Shown piece by piece: positions 27,235 to 32,000 of a DNA stretch of 32,000 nucleotides. This DNA comes from Caldivirga maquilingensis IC-167. Its GTDB lineage: Archaea; Thermoproteota; Thermoprotei; Thermoproteales; Thermocladiaceae. The DNA is taken from assembly GCF_000018305.1 (NCBI RefSeq), contig NC_009954.1:900001-932000 (forward strand), written 5' to 3'. Positions within the stretch are counted from its first letter, which is position 1. Every line of letters begins with the position of its first letter. The notes under the pieces are model-generated. The model was given only the letters and a program-made list of their open reading frames with translations. It did not search any database and was not told the DNA's origin. The translations under genes were made by a program, and so were the position numbers.

Positions 27235-28659
27235 TTAGCTAATCTTAACAATATCCACTATTTTACCTTCACTATCCCTAATTATCTTAGCCCTAGGGTG
27301 TATGTAATCCCTCGGAGCCTTTGGGAAGGCTTCAAGATACTTGTTGAGTACCTTAGGTATCCTCACTGTGCCATCCTCCTCCTGGTTATTCTCAAGAATA
27401 GCTGTTATGGTTCTCTCCACGGCTATGGCAGTACTATTTAGAGTGTGCACGTACTCCCTCCTCATACCCTTCCTAATCACCCTAATCCCAAGCCTATATG
27501 ATTGCCAATCAGTCACATTACTGCAGGAGGCCATTTCCCTGAACATTCCCTGGGCAGGCATCCAAGCCTCTAAGTCATATTGCTTAGCGGCTGTTCTAGA
27601 CATTTCCCTAGGACACACTAAAACCACCCTGAAGGGTAATTCAAGGCTACTCCATATGTCAATTAGATTACCTAACAGCTTCTCGTGCCAACTCCAACTA
27701 TCCTCAGGTAGCGTGAAGGCGAATTGCTCAACCTTATAGAATTGATGAACCCTAAATATGCCCTTCAAATCCCTGTTACCGGCCCCAGCCTCCTTCCTAT
27801 ATGATGGTGAGAAGCCGGCTAGGAGTATTGGTAGATCCTTCTCCAGTAATTCACTGCCGCGGTATAATGCAGCTAATGGATGCTCAGCGGTGCCTATTAG
27901 GTAAAGCTGTTCATTATCCACACTGTATATTGCATCCTTAAATGCATCGAAGTCTATTACTGAGCTTATAACATCGTAGTTAAGCATGTGGGGCGGCATA
28001 ACAAGCCTAAACCCCCTCTGGGTTAGGAAATCCACTGCATATAGGGATAGGGCTAGGTTAAGCCAAGCCACATCATCAAAGAGGTAGAAGAACCTACTCC
28101 CAGCCACCTCCCCAGCCTTAGCGGTGTCACCAAGGCCAAGGACACGCTCAAGCATATCAGCATGACCAATCGGCTGCCAGTCAATAACATTGAATTCAAG
28201 ACCATTGAAGCCGCTTAATTCACTCAAGTACCCCCTCCAAGCCTTCGGTTTCCCAAAGTACTTTAAGGCCACTGACTCAGCGGATTCATTTGGGCATGTT
28301 GAGTAGACTGACTCATGAAGTAGATTTGGAAACCTCCTAAGTAGCCTATCCCTCTCATCCTCAATTCTCTTAAGCTCAGCGTTAAGGTTCTCAAGCTCCT
28401 TAAGAACCTTATTAGCCTCCTCAATCATTAACCCCCTTGCCTCAGGGGGAGCCTTAGATATTTGACTACTTAGGCTATTCCTCCTATGCCTAAGTTCATC
28501 AGCCTTAACCTTAATGCTCTTCCACTGGTTATCAAGTGCAATGAATTGATCAACCATTGATTCTTCATAACCCCTCCACTTAAGCATTCTTCTAACCTCC
28601 CCAGGCCTCTCCCTAAGGGCGGTGAGTAGGCTCCAACTCACGTTAACTGCTTCAAGCAT
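27235..28659 (-). CDS. serS: Seryl-tRNA synthetase
   Basis: N-terminal coiled-coil arm, GTAEHPL, FRVHQFYKVEQF (motif 2 region), and LNSTAIAVERTITAILENNQ (motif 3). Confidence 0.92.
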   Translation of the reverse strand: MLEAVNVSWSLLTALRERPGEVRRMLKWRGYEESMVDQFIALDNQWKSIKVKADELRHRRNSLSSQISKAPPEARGLMIEEANKVLKELENLNAELKRIEDERDRLLRRFPNLLHESVYSTCPNESAESVALKYFGKPKAWRGYLSELSGFNGLEFNVIDWQPIGHADMLERVLGLGDTAKAGEVAGSRFFYLFDDVAWLNLALSLYAVDFLTQRGFRLVMPPHMLNYDVISSVIDFDAFKDAIYSVDNEQLYLIGTAEHPLAALYRGSELLEKDLPILLAGFSPSYRKEAGAGNRDLKGIFRVHQFYKVEQFAFTLPEDSWSWHEKLLGNLIDIWSSLELPFRVVLVCPREMSRTAAKQYDLEAWMPAQGMFREMASCSNVTDWQSYRLGIRVIRKGMRREYVHTLNSTAIAVERTITAILENNQEEDGTVRIPKVLNKYLEAFPKAPRDYIHPRAKIIRDSEGKIVDIVKIS

Positions 28660-28688
28660 ACCTTAATAACGCTTATCCTTAACAGCGG

Positions 28689-30068
28689 CTAGGAGTAGAG
28701 TTTACCTATTGTTGATAGGAGTTGATCAATTGATGAATCCATTAAGCTCCCTATAATGCTCCTCCTTAAGTGTAAGTCATCCTTAATGCTCAGGTACTTT
28801 TCATTAACCTCACTGGGCACTATAATGTCCTTAACATACCTAAGCCTCCTCATAACCTTCAAATTACCTCCAACACTCACCGGCACCAGTTCTGAACCCA
28901 CTATAACCGCAATTACACTCTTTAAAACCTCCTCGGAACCTGGGGCAAGAACTGTAAGTCTCTTCACCATCTGTTGATAATCATCTGCGTGAAAGGTTGT
29001 AATACCCCCATGCCCAGTGGTTACTGCGTTCAACCACGCCTTAACCTCCTCAGGTTCCCTAACCTCATTCACGATAACGTAGTCAGCACCCATTCTCAAC
29101 GCGTGTGCTATTAACTCATCCTTAGTTATGGGCTTAACCCCTAGGCCGAAGGACCTCCTCTCATATAGTTTAACTGATAAATGCCCTGGTAGATTCATCT
29201 CATCAACATCCATCACCAGTACCTTAAGCATACTAGGCTTAAGCATCATTGCTATGGCATTGGCTAAACTAGTTTTACCTGAACCCATGGATCCACCTAT
29301 AAGTATAGGCACCTTCTCATCAGCCAACTTCCATAGTAATGCAGCTTGGTTAACAGTTAACATGCCCAGTTTAACAAGTGTAGGTAATGTCCATGGTTTA
29401 CTCGGCAGAACCCTAATATGCACGCTTGTTTGCGATACAGGCATTGTTGATATGGTGAATCTAACCCTGTATTCAGGGTCAGTTACAGATACTAGAGGCA
29501 TGTATGCAGTTAATGGGGTTCTTGTTCTTTTAGCAGCATTAACCGCCACCCGATTAACCAGGTCCCTTACAGTTAATGTTGATTCAATGAGCCTCATTGG
29601 AATTAGCCTCACCGGTCTAATTACCTTAACTTCACTTAACTTAACGAAGCATAATCCATAATCCCTATGGCTAACTCTAACGCCATTAGTGTCAACATAT
29701 ATGTCAGTTATGTCATCATCCATGAGTAGTGGGGTTATTGAACCATAGGCGTTAAGCCACCTATCAATAATAGCCTTAATAAGGCTGTTAAAGTTTTCAT
29801 CAGTGGGTTTATGATTTAATTTACTTAAGATACCACGGTAAATCTTAATTAATTTAATAGGGTTCTTACCAAGCTTAATCCACTCCTCGAAGTATAATGG
29901 ATCAACTATGGTTAAATACTCTGGGACTTGGTCCATTAGAAAGACTTGGACAACATTACTAACACTCCTATATTCAATGATTGTTCTAATACCTAAATTA
30001 ACAATTACCTTACTGGACAGTATGCTACCAGTGGGTTTAACTAATGATACATGCATTATTGGTTTCAA
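28689..30068 (-). CDS. Type II/IV secretion-family ATPase (FlaI/PilB/VirB11-like)
   Basis: Walker A GGSMGSGKTS, Walker B region YVIVNEVRE, His box TGHGGITTFHA. The N-terminal domain pattern IEYRSV..VQVFL....EYLTIVDP resembles archaeal FlaI-type ATPases. Confidence 0.85.
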   Translation of the reverse strand: MKPIMHVSLVKPTGSILSSKVIVNLGIRTIIEYRSVSNVVQVFLMDQVPEYLTIVDPLYFEEWIKLGKNPIKLIKIYRGILSKLNHKPTDENFNSLIKAIIDRWLNAYGSITPLLMDDDITDIYVDTNGVRVSHRDYGLCFVKLSEVKVIRPVRLIPMRLIESTLTVRDLVNRVAVNAAKRTRTPLTAYMPLVSVTDPEYRVRFTISTMPVSQTSVHIRVLPSKPWTLPTLVKLGMLTVNQAALLWKLADEKVPILIGGSMGSGKTSLANAIAMMLKPSMLKVLVMDVDEMNLPGHLSVKLYERRSFGLGVKPITKDELIAHALRMGADYVIVNEVREPEEVKAWLNAVTTGHGGITTFHADDYQQMVKRLTVLAPGSEEVLKSVIAVIVGSELVPVSVGGNLKVMRRLRYVKDIIVPSEVNEKYLSIKDDLHLRRSIIGSLMDSSIDQLLSTIGKLYS

Positions 30069-30163
30069 TACTAGGTTCAGTTAATGTTATTACTGACTCA
30101 CGTAGGGTTATGTGGGATTAACCATTACCCTACATTCCACTAACCTTAAGGCTAAGTTTACGC

Positions 30164-30454
30164 ATGCGTACTATGCGTGGACTCTCAAGCATAGTGGCGG
30201 CACTAGTGTTATTGCTTGTATTCGCCATGGTAATTTCAATCACTGTAATCCTTATAGGACTCTTCAAATCCTATAACTACTCCTCATCAACAATATTAAG
30301 CACTGGCTTAAGTGCACTTAATTGCCTTAATGATTCAAGTGTAGTTCAGTTTAATGTAAGCGGTATTGAAGTGAACTTAAGTGAACAATGCATGATAATT
30401 ATAGTTAATGGGACAAGATACCTAGTGCATCCAGCTTTAGGAAGCCCTGGTTAA
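30164..30454 (+). CDS. Small pilin-like protein with a class III (type IV prepilin-like) signal peptide
   Basis: MRTMRG|LSSIVAALVLLLVFAMVISITVIL has a basic residue plus Gly followed by a long hydrophobic helix. The short beta-rich tail carries N-x-S/T sequons. Confidence 0.5.
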   Translation: MRTMRGLSSIVAALVLLLVFAMVISITVILIGLFKSYNYSSSTILSTGLSALNCLNDSSVVQFNVSGIEVNLSEQCMIIIVNGTRYLVHPALGSPG

Positions 30455-30657
30455 GGATTCCCCACTTGGTTCCTGGGCTTTATGATTACGTAGAGGCCGT
30501 AGATTAACACTAGTAGGAGTATTAAATCAACACCGAACGCCTCATAAGCATACCTATGCGGGTAACCACCCTTATAACCCAGGTAAGTGAATCCAAACAC
30601 CACCAGCAGCATTATGAACGCTATTACCCACACCGCAAGGTCTATAGACCTCTTCAT
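30451..30657 (-). CDS. Small two-TM membrane protein
   Basis: 68 aa with two hydrophobic helices. No motif recognised. Confidence 0.4.
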   Translation of the reverse strand: MKRSIDLAVWVIAFIMLLVVFGFTYLGYKGGYPHRYAYEAFGVDLILLLVLIYGLYVIIKPRNQVGNP

Positions 30658-30911
30658 AAACGCCCAGTTTAATCAGGGTAATTAAGCATTTTGCTGAGCA
30701 GTGCTTAAGAGAATGAATCATACACCCAGGCTTAAAACTCGTTACTCAGCTCACAATTAATGGTGAGTTTTCAGTAAGGGTGTAACCATGCTTAATTCAT
30801 CTTCACGGCTACCTTGCAGGCATTAGTATGAGATGCCCATAACTATGGGTAAGGTGAGGTAGTTCATAATCTGTAAGGTATTTAAACACGTAATTAATGT
30901 TAATGTGACTT

Positions 30912-31097
30912 ATGAGTAGTGAAGGTAAGTGGGTTTGCGCAGTTTGTGGTAGTAGGGATGTTGGATTAATAATTGAGGGCAAGCTATATTGCAGTAAATG
31001 TGGTTCAAAGGTTATTAGACTTCACATGTATAGGTTCCTTAATAGGCTTAAGCAGGAAAATTTAATAGACCCAAGTGTGGAGATCCCTAAGCCATGA
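30912..31097 (+). CDS. Small zinc-ribbon protein
   Basis: CAVCGS...CSKCGS (CxxC-x17-CxxC). The stop overlaps the next gene's start (ATGA). Confidence 0.5.
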   Translation: MSSEGKWVCAVCGSRDVGLIIEGKLYCSKCGSKVIRLHMYRFLNRLKQENLIDPSVEIPKP

Positions 31098-31600
31098 GGC
31101 TAATAGCAGTGCTTCCATTAGTGTTGGGGATAATGCTTGGATTAGTGACTATAGCTCATGCCCAGCAGTGCCTATTAACGTTAAACACTACTTTAGGTTA
31201 TGTTAATGTAACCACTAATGCGCAATCAATAGATATACACGCATGGGGTGTAGTGGGCGTTACTAATCATACTACCTGTAGTTTCCACTACATAGTGTTC
31301 AAGTACTCATTATTGGGAATGTCATCGTTAATATACGTTCACACGTTATCAAATAATAGTGGCAGTTACGTTATTTTAAATTCCGGCATAGGTAAGCACG
31401 TGTTAATATGCCTAACCCTTAATCCAACGGTAACTAAGAATAATATCATTAAATTAACCTCAGGGGGAGGATCAATTACGGCCTATTGCTCAATTGTTGA
31501 TGAGAATTCATTAACTCAATACAGCTTACTATTAGCAGTATTAATAGGTATCGCCTTAGTTACAGTATCCTACTTCACCATTAGGAACCTTTTGAAGTAG
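31094..31600 (+). CDS. Secreted, C-terminally anchored putative glycoprotein
   Basis: Sec-type signal ending AHA|QQ, several N-x-S/T sequons, and a C-terminal TM helix LLLAVLIGIALVTVSYF. Confidence 0.5.
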   Translation: MRLIAVLPLVLGIMLGLVTIAHAQQCLLTLNTTLGYVNVTTNAQSIDIHAWGVVGVTNHTTCSFHYIVFKYSLLGMSSLIYVHTLSNNSGSYVILNSGIGKHVLICLTLNPTVTKNNIIKLTSGGGSITAYCSIVDENSLTQYSLLLAVLIGIALVTVSYFTIRNLLK

Positions 31601-32000
31601 TGTCGCTTTTAGTTAATTCAAGCATCCAGGAGACCATGAATTGAGTAACCTTATCTAATTCACTTAACCAATCACTATTAATTAGCATTAACCTAGAATT
31701 CTTAATAACCGACTTAACGGCATTAGCCTCCTCAACAGGTGCATTAGGATCATTAATACTGTAAATTAGAAGCATAGGTATGTTTAATTTAGGTAATTCA
31801 TCAATGCGGTTAATTACCCTAGGTGTTGAAACAAGCACTATACCGGAAATAGTGTTTTGCCTTGTTTGAGTTACGTAATCAAGGGCAATTCCTCCACCTT
31901 GCCCAACTCCAGCCAATATGATTCTCTTACCATTAAGGGCATTAATGATGTAGGATAATGCGGCAACCTTATTGGCTTTACTCATACTTGCTGGGGCTGA
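31581..32000 (-). CDS. Alpha/beta-hydrolase-fold-like protein, C-terminal part (N-terminus outside window), apparently lacking the catalytic Ser and His
   Basis: Frame is open to the window edge. KRIILAGVGQGGGIAL occupies the nucleophile-elbow position but has no Ser or Cys. PMLLIYSINDPNAP resembles the acid-residue strand. No His in the C-terminal 40 aa. Confidence 0.4.
   Translation of the reverse strand, partial: SAPASMSKANKVAALSYIINALNGKRIILAGVGQGGGIALDYVTQTRQNTISGIVLVSTPRVINRIDELPKLNIPMLLIYSINDPNAPVEEANAVKSVIKNSRLMLINSDWLSELDKVTQFMVSWMLELTKSDTTSKGS

Noticed and set aside
25-29661. Many 60-180-aa ORFs antisense to or nested within longer genes (e.g. 25-210, 665-967, 1423-1668, 3700-3936, 6164-6463, 6895-7182, 11534-12559, 16822-17091, 21735-22163, 26316-26606, 27341-27739, 29128-29661)
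   Set aside because: Each lies fully inside a longer ORF with clear family motifs on the other strand or frame. Their products are Ser/Leu/Thr-rich and low in complexity. They are typical shadow ORFs.
1-32000. Scan for tRNA, rRNA, CRISPR arrays and IS elements
   Set aside because: No GTTCGAATC/GGTTCAAATCC-type T-arm motifs occur outside CDSs, no regularly spaced 24-37-nt repeats were seen, and no transposase-like ORFs were found. None are reported.

Overview
The window reads as core chromosome of a crenarchaeon of the order Thermoproteales, probably Caldivirga- or Vulcanisaeta-like. This is an inference from a crenactin gene, an archaeal-type SAM synthetase, a dsrB/dsrC pair, moderate AT-richness, and TATA-like boxes about 25-30 nt upstream of start codons, which implies leaderless mRNAs. 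All calls rest on motifs and remembered family sequences; no searches were run. About 38 genes are packed tightly. From left to right: the 3' end of dissimilatory sulfite reductase, then Nudix, dsrC, a wHTH protein, a TusA-like protein, an MFS transporter and a His-loop membrane protein. Next come an uncharacterised double RuvC/RNase-H-like coiled-coil protein (DUF460/COG2433), and Sm-MAT-methyltransferase genes. A purine permease and two sugar-nucleotide-type oxidoreductases follow. Then come the conserved rplX-pfdA-ftsY operon, divergent from crenactin, and an HTH_10 regulator with an orphan C-terminally anchored family-5 binding protein. After a dehydrogenase and an aminotransferase lies a small accessory patch with a decayed vapBC, pfpI, a TPR protein and an MNT-HEPN pair. 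The window ends with serS and a FlaI-like secretion ATPase beside a pilin-like gene. No tRNA, rRNA, CRISPR array, transposase or integrase was seen. I found no clearly novel multi-gene system. The most unusual items are: (1) a 51-nt internal piece of crenactin repeated 3.4 kb downstream, bracketing the regulator and binding-protein module and embedded in a 59-codon ORF; (2) a type IV pilus-like ATPase and pilin locus with no platform protein; (3) the DUF460 and coiled-coil gene pair; (4) the dsrC/tusA neighbourhood.
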